Position numbers and translations under genes: made by a program. Of a stretch of 64,000 nt of DNA, positions 34,201 through 48,000 are shown one piece after another. Under the pieces are notes generated by a model. It ran no database searches, had not been told where the DNA came from, and worked only from the letters and a program-made list of their open reading frames with translations. This DNA comes from Balanoglossus misakiensis (lineage: Eukaryota; Animalia; Hemichordata). Every line of letters starts with the position of its first letter. Within the stretch, counting starts at the first letter, position 1. The DNA lies in contig CM082591.2 in assembly GCA_040954595.2 (NCBI GenBank), positions 10,061,309 through 10,125,308 of the forward strand, given 5' to 3'.

Positions 34201-37200
34201 TCTTAGCTAGGATGAGGTGGGATGGAAAAATGCCCCATTTTAGCTGTTTTAAAATATACGACTATTTATAGACAAAAGGAAAATAAAACAAGCGCAAAAA
34301 CATACCAAACCTAGTTTTATTAATTAAAAACAAAATTGCTGAGTAAAGGTTTTCATGTGGGCATTCACTTTGAACTTGCTAAATTAATTTAAAGAGACAA
34401 AGTCGCTCTCTCTTTGTCCTTTTGCGATGATAGAATGCTTGCTTGAAGTCTCTCGTGCAATAAATGATGTCGATTCATACATGTATGGATGGTGTATAGG
34501 TGGTCGGAATTTACATGTCTTTGCCACGACCAAACCAACAACACGTAAAATCAAAGTTTGGGTCATTAAATCGAGTTTTGTTACAGTCTAGAATTTCATG
34601 CCACCCCTTATGGTCATATTATTCTTGGTAGGCAAAAGTGACAAGTAGTCACGTTATAACACAGGCAACATTTTTTACAAACAAACCACACAGAAGACAT
34701 CAAAAGGGAGAGAATTATAGAATGGTCAATGTGTGAAAAGTTAAGATACGTAAAGTGGCCGGGTTCAACATTAACTCATCGACTTCATATCGTCTTCATG
34801 CCATGGTTTTTGCCTGCCCTGAAAGTTCCTGTCGTTGCAGAAGTGGTTTTGACAGAAAGAATTTAGTCTTCCGGGATGTTTGTGATTATTTGAACACCAG
34901 ACAATACAATGCAACCTTGACTTCCAAAATACTTACCGGCATTGCATTATCTTACCATGGTTAGGCCTACAGTGAACAAATTTTCAACAATATTTTCTGA
35001 GTTACCGCTGATATTTGTTTTGTAGTATGGATATTAAATTATACATCCCGATACAAAACAGAATGTTATAGAATCCTTCCTGAGTGATATTGAAAAAATT
35101 ACCGGAATGCTACCGCCTAATCTATGGTTAGGGTTATTGCTATTATTTTATATCAGTAATCGACTTTGTGTATATCAATGTCATTTTCATAACGAAAATG
35201 AACTCGAGTATAATGTAAACGTTACGAATTGATCGAAAGGCGCTCTGATGAATGTTAACACGAGTGCGCAGTGACAAGACATGCAACGTGCATGACAGTG
35301 ACAACAGTTCCTATAGAGCAGTTAAAAAATAAACCGGCCGTCCGTAAATTTATCAGCTATATTTTTTTTTATTTAGTCACGTTTTCCCTGTTGCATGCTA
35401 TTAGTTCAGGGGCCAGTTTTAGCAGTGCTCTATTGAGTACTTTCGTATCGATGGATTGATCTCTCGTCCAATCAGAATGGCGGATGGTAGCATGATCCGA
35501 CATATTGCGTATTACAATAGGGCTTCCTCATACAGGTCAGAACGGAGAGGTCATTCCTTTTATTTTAGGACGTCTCAGCTCCTTTGTCTTTTCTGTTATA
35601 GTGTTAAAGAAATCAAACGGTTTTGTTTTGGCCGGTAAACACGGTTGGATTAACTCTTAAGTCCATCGTGCATCCAAACGCAGTCGAGTCGGTTTGGTCA
35701 TTGTTTATGCGACAGTAAATGCCAAATGTGACAGAAGCATCATATTAAATGAGATAGAATACACAAACAAACAAACATACGAATAAACAAACAGGCAAAC
35801 AAACAAACAAACAACCATTAGGGACTGTTCAGAATTTACTTCCAAGTTGGGGATGGAGGATTTTTTATTTTCCTGGTGATTTTTTTCCATGGATTCCCCT
35901 AGTAAATTGTGGAGGAAATATGTGGTCCCTCCTTAAATTTCCTGGGGATTTTCCATGGTCCCCCTATTGTGACTTTTATGTCTAGTCTCCCCTAATTTGT
36001 CTTGGAGAAAATGGGTGGTCCCCCCCCCCCTCTGAAAATTCTCCGCCCCCCTGGAAGTAAATTCTGAACAGTCCCTTATTAAAGCCAACAGCTAGCACCC
36101 TGGCTTCTCTGCCAGAGGAGCGATAACATCGACAAAATGCAGATACACAAGAAATGAGCACTTTATTCCACAAGTGAAGTAGTCTGTTCCCTGCCCCATT
36201 CCCACCGCTGGCTGCGCCCGTTAGCGTAGCGCCGATGGCAGTGGGAATGGGGCAGGGGACCAGACTACAAGTGAAGAACCCCAGTAACAGACGTAGCGAA
36301 CAAACAAACTACATGTACTAACAACAAAGCAAGAAAAGTGTCAAGCGTCGTCAAAGAAAACGAAAAAGTTCTAGCATGGTTGGTAAAAGTTATTGGTAGA
36401 AAACGAATAGGGCCTTCTACAAATGACGTCTCAGACCCGCAAACGCCACCAGAACACAAAACACATGCACAGAACAGTTTAAGCCGGTTGTTGTATGGAG
36501 CAGCAATAATCTGCGGTTGGGCTGTCGTAGATTTTCGCTGGTGGTGAAAATAAATAAAACACGATCGATGTTCGATTTATTCCAGATCACATGCGTTTAC
36601 GGCCAGGAGAGAGCATAAAAGTCTTCAAATGACCATGTGGTGGCGCACTTTTTCCGATTGGCTGTATTTCAATTTGTTCGTGGTAAATTAATTTTGTGGA
36701 GGTGACCGGCACTGAAGCTCTTAGCTAGGATGAGGTGGGATGGAAAAATGCCCCATTTTAGCTGTTTTAAAATATACGACTATTTATAGACAAAAGGAAA
36801 ATAAAACAAGCGCAAAAACATACCAAACCTAGTTTTATTAATTAAAAACAAAATTGCTGAGTAAAGGTTTTCATGTGGGCATTCACTTTGAACTTGCTAA
36901 ATTAATTTAAAGAGACAAAGTCGCTCTCTCTTTGTCCTTTTGCGATGATAGAATGCTTGCTTGAAGTCTCTCGTGCAATAAATGATGTCGATTCATACAT
37001 GTATGGATGGTGTATAGGTGGTCGGAATTTACATGTCTTTGCCACGACCAAACCAACAACACGTAAAATCAAAGTTTGGGTCATGAAATCGAGTTTTGTT
37101 ACAGTCTAGAATTTCATGCCACCCCTTATGGTCATATTATTCTTGGTAGGCAAAAGTGACAAGTAGTCAAGTTTCAACACAGGCAACATTTTTTACAAAC

Positions 37201-40200
37201 AAACCACAAAGAAGACATCAAAAGGGAGAGAATTATAGAATGGTCAATGTGTGAAAAGTTAAGATACGTAAAGTGGCCGGGTTCAACATTAACTCATCGA
37301 CTTCATATCGTCTTCATGCCATGGTTTTTGCCTGCCCTGAAAGTTCTTGACGTTGCAGAAGTGGTTTTGACAGAAAGAATTTAGTCTTCCGGGATGTTTG
37401 TGATTATTTGAACACCAGACAATACAATGCAACCTTGACTTCCAAAATACTTACCGGCATTGCATTATCTTACCATGGTTAGGCCTACAGTGAACAAATT
37501 TTCAACAATATTTTCTGAGTTACCGCTGATATTTGTTTTGTAGTATGGATATTAAATTATACATCCCGATACAAAACAGAATGTTATAGAATCCTTCCTG
37601 AGTGATATTGAAAAAATTACCGGAATGCTACCGCCTAATCTATGGTTAGGGTTATTGCTATTATTTTATATCAGTAATCGACTTTGTGTATATCAATGTC
37701 ATTTTCATAACGAAAATGAACTCGAGTCTAATGTAAACGTTACGAATTGATCGAAAGGCGCTCTGATGAATGTTAACACGAGTGCGCAGTGACAAGACAT
37801 GCATCGTGCATGACAGTGACAACAGTTCCTATAGAGCAGTTAAAAATTAAACCGGCCGTCCGGAAATTTATCAGCTATATTTTTTTTTATTTAGTCACGT
37901 TTTCCCTGTTGCATGCTATTAGTTCAGGGGCCAGTTTTAGCAGTGCTCTATTGAGTACTTTCGTATCGATGGATTGATCTCTCGTCCAATCAGAATGGCG
38001 GATGGTAGCATGATCCGACATATTGCGTATTACAATAGGGCTTCCTCATACAGGTCAGAACGGAGAGGTCATTCCTTTTATTTTAGGACGTCTCAGCTCC
38101 TTTGTCTTTTCTGTTATAGTGTTAAAGAAATCAAACGGTTTTGTTTTGGCCGGTAAACACCGATGGATTAACTCTTCAGTCCATCGTGCATCCCAACGCA
38201 GTCGAGTCGGTTTGGTCATTGTTTATGCGACAGCAAATGCCAAATGTGACAGAAGCATCATATTAAATGAGATAGAATACACAAACAAACAAACATACGA
38301 ATAAACAAACAGGCAAACAAACAAACAAACAACCATTAGGGACTGTTCAGAATTTACTTTCAAGTTGGGGATGGAGGATTTTTTATTTTCCTGGTGATTT
38401 TTTTCCATGGATTCCCCTAGTAAATTGTGGAGGAAATATGTGGTCCCTCCTTAAATTTCCTGGGGATTTTCCATGGTCCCCCTATTGTGACTTTTATGTC
38501 TAGTCTCCCCTAATTTGTCTTGGAGAAAATGGGGGGTCCCCCCCCCCCTCTGAAAATTCTCCGCCCCCCTGGAAGTAAATTCTGAACAGTCCCTTATTAA
38601 AGCCAACAGCTAGCACCCTGGCTTCTCTGCCAGAGGAGCGATAACATCGACAAAATGCAGATACACAAGAAATGAGCACTTTATTCCACAAGTGAAGTAG
38701 TCTGTTCCCTGCCCCATTCCCACCGCTGGCTGCGCCCTTTAGCGTAGCGCCGATGGCAGTGGGAATGGGGCAGGGGACCAGACTACAAGTGAAGAACCCC
38801 AGTAACAGACGTAACGAACAAACAAACTACATGTACTAACAACAAAGCAAGAAAAGTGTCAAGCGTCGTCAAAGAAAACGAAAAAGTTCTAGCATGGTTG
38901 GTAAAAGTTATTGGTAGAAAACGAATAGGGCCTTCTACAAATGACGTCTCAGACCCGCAAACGCCACCAGAACACAAAACACATGCACAGAACAGTTTAA
39001 GCCGGTTGTTGTATGGAGCAGCAATAATCTGCGGTTGGGCCGTCGTAGATTTTCGCTGGTGGTGAAAATAAATAAAACACGATCGATGTTCGATTTATTC
39101 CAGATCACATGCGTTTACGGCCAGGAGAGAGCATAAAAGTCTTCAAATGACCATGTGGTGGCGCACTTTTTCCGATTGGCTGTATTTCAATTTGTTCGTG
39201 GTAAATTAATTTTGTGGAGGTGACCGGCACTGAAGCTCTTAGCTAGGATGAGGTGGGATGGAAAAATGCCCCATTTTAGCTGTTTTAAAATATACGACTA
39301 TTTATAGACAAAAGGAAAATAAAACAAGCGCAAAAACATACCAAACCTAGTTTTATTAATTAAAAACAAAATTGCTGAGTAAAGGTTTTCATGTGGGCAT
39401 TCACTTTGAACTTGCTAAATTAATTTAAAGAGACAAAGTCGCTCTCTCTTTGTCCTTTTGCGATGATAGAATGCTTGCTTGAAGTCTCTCGTGCAATAAA
39501 TGATGTCGATTCATACATGTATGGATGGTGTATAGGTGGTCGGAATTTACATGTCTTTGCCACGACCAAACCAACAACACGTAAAATCAAAGTTTGGGTC
39601 ATGAAATCGAGTTTTGTTACAGTCTAGAATTTCATGCCACCCCTTATGGTCATATTATTCTTGGTAGGCAAAAGTGACAAGTAGTCAAGTTTCAACACAG
39701 GCAACATTATAGAATGGTCAATGTGTGAAAAGTTAAGATACGTAAAGTGGCCGGGTTCAACATTAAATCATCGACTTCATATCGTCTTCATGCCATGGTT
39801 TTTGCCTGCCCTGAAAGTTCTTGTCGTTGCAGAAGTGGTTTTGACAGAAAGAATTTAGTCTTCCGGGATGTTTGTGATTATTTGAACACCAGACAATACA
39901 ATGCAACCTTGACTTCCAAAATACTTATAGGCATTGCATTATCTTACCATGGTTAGGCCTACATTGAACAAATTTTCAACAATATTTTCTGAGTTACCGC
40001 TGATATTTGTTTTGTAGTATGGATATTAAATTATACATCCCGATACAAAACAGAATGTTATAGAATCCTTCCTGAGTGATATTGAAAAAATTACCGGAAT
40101 GCTACCGCCTAATCTATGGTTAGGGTTATTGCTATTATTTTATATCAGTAATCGACTTTGTGTATATCAATGTCATTTTCATAACGAAAATGAACTCGAG

Positions 40201-43200
40201 TCTAATGTAAACGTTACGAATTGATCGAAAGGCGCTCTGATGAATGTTAACACGAGTGCGCAGTGACAAGACATGCATCGTGCATGACAGTGACAACAGT
40301 TCCTATAGAGCAGTTAAAAAATAAACCGGCCGTCCGGAAATTTATCAGCTATATTTTTTTTTATTTAGTCACGTTTTCCCTGTTGCATGCTATTAGTTCA
40401 GGGGCCAGTTTTAGCAGTGCTCTATTGAGTACTTTCGTATCGATGGATTGATCTCTCGTCCAATCAGAATGGCGGATGGTAGCATGATCCGACATATTGC
40501 GTATTACAATAGGGCTTCCTCATACAGGTCAGAACGGAAAGGTCATTCCTTTTATTTTAGGACGTCTCAGCTCCTTTGTCTTTTCTGTTATAGTGTTAAA
40601 GAAATCAAACGGTTTTGTTTTGGCCGGTAAACACCGATGGATTAACTCTTAAGTCCATCGTGCATCCAAACGCAGTCGAGTCGGTTTGGTCATTGTTTAT
40701 GCGACAGTAAATGCCAAATGTGACAGAAGCATCATATTAAATGAGATAGAATACACAAACAAACAAACATACGAATAAACAAACAGGCAAACAAACAAAC
40801 AAACAACCATTAGGGACTGTTCAGAATTTACTTCCAAGTTGGGGATGGAGGATTTTTTATTTTCCTGGTGATTTTTTTCCATGGTCTCCCCTAGTAAATT
40901 GTGGAGGAAATATGTGGTCCCTCCTTAAATTTCCTGGGGATTTTCCATGGTCCCCCTATTGTGACTTTTATGTCTAGTCTCCCCTAATTTGTCTTGGAGA
41001 AAATGGGTGGTCCCCCCCTTCTGAAAATTCTCCGCCCCCTGGAAGTAAATTCTGAACAGTCCCTTATTAAAGCCAACAGCTAGCACCCTGGCTTCTCTGC
41101 CAGAGGAGCGATAACATCGACAAAATGCAGATACACAAGAAATGAGCACTTTATTCCACAAGTGAAGTAGTCTGTTCCCTGCCCCATTCCCACCGCTGGC
41201 TGCGCCCGTTAGCGTAGCGCCGATGGCAGTGGGAATGGGGCAGGGGACCAGACTACAAGTGAAGAACCCCAGTAACAGACGTAACGAACAAACAAACTAC
41301 ATGTACTAACAACAAAGCAAGAAAAGTGTCAAGCGTCGTCAAAGAAAACGAAAAAGTTCTAGCATGGTTGGTAAAAGTTATTGGTAGAAAACGAATAGGG
41401 CCTTCTACAAATGACGTCTCAGACCCGCAAACGCCACCAGAACACAAAACACATGCACAGAACAGTTTAAGCCGGTTGTTGTATGGAGCAGCAATAATCT
41501 GCGGTTGGGCTGTCGTAGATTTTCGCTGGTGGTGAAAATAAATAAAACACGATCGATGTTCGATTTATTCCAGATCACATGCGTTTACGGCCAGGAGAGA
41601 GCATAAAAGTCTTCAAATGACCATGTGGTGGCGCACTTTTTCCGATTGGCTGTATTTCAATTTGTTCGTGGTAAATTAATTTTGTGGAGGTGACCGGCAC
41701 TGAAGCTCTTAGCTAGGATGAGGTGGGATGGAAAAATGCCCCATTTTAGCTGTTTTAAAATATACGACTATTTATAGACAAAAGGAAAATAAAACAAGCG
41801 CAAAAACATACCAAACCTAGTTTTATTAATTAAAAACAAAATTGCTGAGTAAAGGTTTTCATGTGGGCATTCACTTTGAACTTGCTAAATTAATTTAAAG
41901 AGACAAAGTCGCTCTCTCTTTGTCCTTTTGCGATGATAGAATGCTTGCTTGAAGTCTCTCGTGCAATAAATGATGTCGATTCATACATGTATGGATGGTG
42001 TATAGGTGGTCGGAATTTACATGTCTTTGCCACGACCAAACCAACAACACGTAAAATCAAAGTTTGGGTCATGAAATCGAGTTTTGTTACAGTCTAGAAT
42101 TTCATGCCACCCCTTATGGTCATATTATTCTTGGTAGGCAAAAGTGACAAGTAGTCAAGTTTCAACACAGGCAACATTTTTTACAAACAAACCACAAAGA
42201 AGACATCAAAAGGGAGAGAATTATAGAATGGTCAATGTGTGAAAAGTTAAGATACGTAAAGTGGCCGGGTTCAACATTAACTCATCGACTTCATATCGTC
42301 TTCATGCCATGGTTTTTGCCTGCCCTGAAAGTTCTTGTCGTTGCAGAAGTGGTTTTGACAGAAAGAATTTAGTCTTCCGGGATGTTTGTGATTATTTGAA
42401 CACCAGACAATACAATGCAACCTTGACTTCCAAAATACTTACCGGCATTGCATTATCTTACCATGGTTAGGCCTACAGTGAACAAATTTTCAACAATATT
42501 TTCTGAGTTACCGCTGATATTTGTTTTGTAGTATGGATATTAAATTATACATCCCGATACAAAACAGAATGTTATAGAATCTTTCCTGAGTGATATTGAA
42601 AAAATTACCGGAATGCTACCGCCTAATCTATGGTTAGGGTTATTGCTATTATTTTATATCAGTAATCGACTTTGTGTATATCAATGTCATTTTCATAACG
42701 AAAATGAACTCGAGTCTAATGTAAACGTTACGAATTGATCGAAAGGCGCTCTGATGAATGTTAACACGAGTGCGCAGTGACAAGACATGCATCGTGCATG
42801 ACAGTGACAACAGTTCCTATAGAGCAGTTAAAAAATAAACCGGCCGTCCGTAAATTTATCAGCTATATTTTTTTTATTTAGTCACGTTTTCCCTGTTGCA
42901 TGCTATTAGTTCAGGGGCCAGTTTTAGCAGTGCTCTATTGAGTACTTTCGTATCGATGGATTGATCTCTCGTCCAATCAGAATGGCGGATGGTAGCATGA
43001 TCCGACATATTGCGTATTACAATAGGGCTTCCTCATACAGGTCAGAACGGAGAGGTCATTCCTTTCATTTTAGGACGTCTCAGCTCCTTTGTCTTTTCTG
43101 TTATAGTGTTAAAGAAATCAAACGGTTTTGTTTTGGCCGGTAAACACCGATGGATTAACTCTTAAGTCCATCGTGCATCCAAACGCAGTCGAGTCGGTTT

Positions 43201-43367
43201 GGTCATTGTTTATGCGACAGTAAATGCCAAATGTGACAGAAGCATCATATTAAATGAGATAGAATACACAAACAAACATACGAATAAACAAACAGGCAAA
43301 CAAACAAACAAACAACCATTAGGGACTGTTCAGAATTTACTTCCAAGTTGGGGATGGAGGATTTTTT

Positions 43368-45083
43368 AGGTCCCATTGGTATAGGCCTATATACCATGGG
43401 ACCTTATGGGATGGGTTGCGTCTGTATGTATGTATGGATGGATGTATGTATGGATGTATGGATGTATGGATGTATGTCTGTATGTCCGTCCACATCAAAA
43501 ACTTGAAAACCGCTGCGCGTATCACCTCAATATTTGGTGTGTAGGTGCAGGGTGGGCTGTAGATGGGAGTTTGTCCAAACGAAGTTGCCAGGCCCAAAAA
43601 TATGCAAATTAGCTTGTAAAATGTGAAATTGATCAAAACTCTGTAACTCAACAATTACTGGTCAGATTGCTTTGAAAAATGATATGTATGTACCTTATGT
43701 CAACCTCACACCGACCTGTAAGTGTTAAGTTGATATCATGGATGTTTTATTTTTTATGAATTTTTTAGTCTTTTATTAAATTTATACCTTTACTTATACC
43801 TCTATGCTATGTCCACGTCTTATTGTGGAATTCTGGTCTGTGCAATAGTCCTGTACAGTGACTGTCTATTGGCCAGTGAGCACAATGGGGCCAAAAAAAA
43901 AGGCAAATTTTTGGGCTCACCTGTAACACCTGCTTAACACATTAATTATGTGCATACCTAATTCCGGGCTAATTAATAGGGCTAGAGGTTTCGTTCTTGT
44001 GGGACATGGACCAGTATAGGGTCAAAATTTCTTGCCCAAATTTTGGGTGACCTCAGGTGACCTTTGACCTACTTTCCTATATCTGGGCATCCAGAGCAGG
44101 TACAGACTTGGCGTTTGGAGGGTTGGGACTAAAATTGAAAAGCCAAAATATGGGTCACCTGTGACACCTGCATATCTCATTAATTATGTGCATACCTAAT
44201 TCCGGGCTAACCAATAGGGCTATAGGTTTGGTTTTTGTTCAACATGGACCAGTATAGGGTCAAAATTTCTTGCCCAAATTTTGCATGACCTCAGGTGACC
44301 TTTGACCTACTTTTCCATATCTGGGCATCCAGAGCAGGTACAGACTTGGCGTTGGGGGTCACCTGTGACACCTGCATATCTCATTAATTATGTGCATACC
44401 TAATTCCAGGCTAAGCAATAAGGCTATAGGTTTGGTTTTTGTTGAACATGGACCAGTATAGTGTCAAAATTTCTTGCCCAAATTTTGCATGACCTTAGGT
44501 GACCTTTGACCTACTTTACCATATCTTGGCATCCAGAGCAGGTACAGACTTGGCGTTTGGATGGTTGGCGCTAAAATTGAAAAGCCAAAATTGGGGGTCA
44601 CCTGTGACACCTGCATATCTCATTAATTATGTGCATACCTAATCCTAGGCTAACCAATAAGGCTATAGGTTTGGTTTTTATTGAACATGGACCAGTATAA
44701 GGTCAACATTTCTTGCCCAAATTTTGCATGACCTCAGGTGACCTTTGACCTACTTTATCATATCTTGGCATCCAGAGCAGATACAGACTTCGCGTTTGGA
44801 GGGTTGGGACTAAAATTGGAAAGCCAAAATATGGGTCACCTGTGACACCTGCATATCTCATTAATTATGTGCATACCTAATTACAGGCTAACCAATAGGG
44901 CTATAGGTTTGGTTTTTGTTCAACATGGACCAGTATAGGGTCAAAATTTCTTGCCCAAATTTTGGGTGACCTCAGGTGACCTTTGACCTACTTTTCCATA
45001 TCTTGGCATCCAGAGCAGATATGCTTATTGCTATGTTGCTATGTGCTATGTCCTCAAATGGGACCACAGTGTCCTTGACGCTA
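43368..45083 (+). mobile_element. Young non-autonomous Helentron/DINE-1-like element (~1.7 kb) with internal ~239-bp tandem repeats
   Basis: Inserted in the T-run of GGAGGATTTTTTATTTTCC with no TSD other than Ts. 5' GGTCCCATT pairs with an inner ATGGGACC and a 3' AATGGGACC; (GTAT/GGAT)n microsatellite; about 5 internal repeats at ~43900-45020. Confidence 0.85.
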
Positions 45084-48000
45084 TTTTTATTTTCCTGGTG
45101 ATTTTTTTCTATGGTCTCCCCTAGTAAATTGTGGAGGAAATATGTGGTCCCTCCTTAAATTTCCTGGGGATTTTCCATGGTCCCCCTATTGTGACTTTTA
45201 TGTCTAGTCTCCCCTAATTTGTCTTGGAGAAAATGGGTGGTCCCCCCCCCCTCTGAAAATTTTCCGCCCCCTGGAAGTAAATTCTGAACAGTCCCTTATT
45301 AAAGCCAACAGCTAGCACCCTGGCTTCTCTGCCAGAGGAGCGATAACATCGACAAAATGCAGATACACAAGAAATGAGCACTTTATTCCACAAGTGAAGT
45401 AGTCTGTTCCCTGCCCCATTCCCACCGCTGGCTGCGCCCTTTAGCGTAGCGCCGATGGCAGTGGGAATGGGGCAGGGGACCAGACTACAAGTGAAGAACC
45501 CCAGTAACAGACGTAACGAACAAACAAACTACATGTACTAACAACAAAGCAAGAAAAGTGTCAAGCGTCGTCAAAGAAAACGAAAAAGTTCTAGCATGGT
45601 TGGTAAAAGTTATTGGTAGAAAACGAATAGGGCCTTCTACAAATGACGTCTCAGACCCGCAAACGCCACCAGAACACAAAACACATGCACAGAACAGTTT
45701 AAGCCGGTTGTTGTATGGAGCAGCAATAATCTGCGGTTGGGCCGTCGTAGATTTTCGCTGGTGGTGAAAATAAATAAAACACGATCGATGTTCGATTTAT
45801 TCCAGATCACATGCGTTTACGGCCAGGAGAGAGCATAAAAGTCTTCAAATGACCATGTGGTGGCGCACTTTTTCCGATTGGCTGTATTTCAATTTGTTCG
45901 TGGTAAATTAATGTTGTGGAGGTGACCGGCACTGAAGCTCTTAGCTAGGATGAGGTGGGATGGAAAAATGCCCCATTTTAGCTGTTTTAAAATATACGAC
46001 TATTTATAGACAAAAGGAAAATAAAACAAGCGCAAAAACATACCAAACCTAGTTTTATTAATTAAAAACAAAATTGCTGAGTAAAGGTTTTCATGTGGGC
46101 ATTCACTTTGAACTTGCTAAATTAATTTAAAGAGACAAAGTCGCTCTCTCTTTGTCCTTTTGCGATGATAGAATGCTTGCTTGAAGTCTCTCGTGCAATA
46201 AATGATGTCGATTCATACATGTATGGATGGTGTATAGGTGGTCGGAATTTACATGTCTTTGCCACGACCAAACCAACAACACGTAAAATCAAAGTTTGGG
46301 TCATGAAATCGAGTTTTGTTACAGTCTAGAATTTCATGCCACCCCTTATGGTCATATTATTCTTGGTAGGCAAAAGTGACAAGTAGTCAAGTTTCAACAC
46401 AGGCAACATTTTTTACAAACAAACCACAAAGAAGACATCAAAAGGGAGAGAATTATAGAATGGTCAATGTGTGAAAAGTTAAGATACGTAAAGTGGCCGG
46501 GTTCAACATTAACTCATCGACTTCATATCGTCTTCATGCCATGGTTTTTGCCTGCCCTGAAAGTTCTTGTCGTTGCAGAAGTGGTTTTGACATAAAGAAT
46601 TTAGTCTTCCGGGATGTTTGTGATTATTTGAACACCAGACAATACAATGCAACCTTGACTTCCAAAATACTTACCGGCATTGCATTATCTTACCATGGTT
46701 AGGCCTACAGTGAACAAATTTTCAACAATATTTTCTGAGTTACCGCTGATATTTGTTTTGTAGTATGGATATTAAATTATACATCCCGATACAAAACAGA
46801 ATGTTATAGAATCCTTCCTGGGTGATATTGAAAAAATTACCGGAATGCTACCGCCTAATCTATGGTTAGGGTTATTGCTATTATTTTATATCAGTAATCG
46901 ACTTTGTGTATATCAATGTCATTTTCATAACGAAAATGAACTCGAGTCTAATGTAAACGTTACGAATTGATCGAAAGGCGCTCTGATGAATGTTAACACG
47001 AGTGCGCAGTGACAAGACATGCATCGTGCATGACAGTGACAACAGTTCCTATAGAGCAGTTAAAAAATAAACCGGCCGTCCGTAAATTTATCAGCTATAT
47101 TTTTTTTTATTTAGTCACGTTTTCCCTGTTGCATGCTATTAGTTCAGGGGCCAGTTTTAGCAGTGCTCTATTGAGTATTTTCGTATCGATGGATTGATCT
47201 CTCGTCCAATCAGAATGGCGGATGGTAGCATGATCCGACATATTGCGTATTACAATAGGGCTTCCTCATACAGGTCAGAACGGAGAGGTCATTGCTTTTA
47301 TTTTAGGACGTCTCAGCTCCTTTGTCTTTTCTGTTATAGTGTTAAAGAAATCAAACGGTTTTGTTTTGGCCGGTAAACACCGATGGATTAACTCTTAAGT
47401 CCATCGTGCATCCAAACGCAGTCGAGCCGGTTTGGTCATTGTTTATGCGACAGTAAATGCCAAATGTGACAGAAGCATCATATTAAATGAGATAGAATAC
47501 ACAAACAAACAAACATACGAATAAACAAACAGGCAAACAAACAAACAAACAACCATTAGGGACTGTTCAGAATTTACTTCCAAGTTGGGGATGGAGGATT
47601 TTTTATTTTCCTGGTGATTTTTTTCCATGGTCTCCCCTAGTAAATTGTGGAGGAAATATGTGGTCCCTCCTTAAATTTCCTGGGGATTTTCCATGGTCCC
47701 CCTATTGTGACTTTTATGTCTAGTCTCCCCTAATTTGTCTTGGAGAAAATGGGTGGTCCCCCCCCCCCTCTGAAAATTCTCCGCCCCCTGGAAGTAAATT
47801 CTGAACAGTCCCTTATTAAAGCCAACAGCTAGCACCCTGGCTTCTCTGCCAGAGGAGCGATAACATCGACAAAATGCAGATACACAAGAAATGAGCACTT
47901 TATTCGACAAGTGAAGTAGTCTGTTCCCTGCCCCATTCCCACCGCTGGCTGCGCCCTTTAGCGTAGCGCCGATGGCAGTGGGAATGGGGCAGGGGACCAG

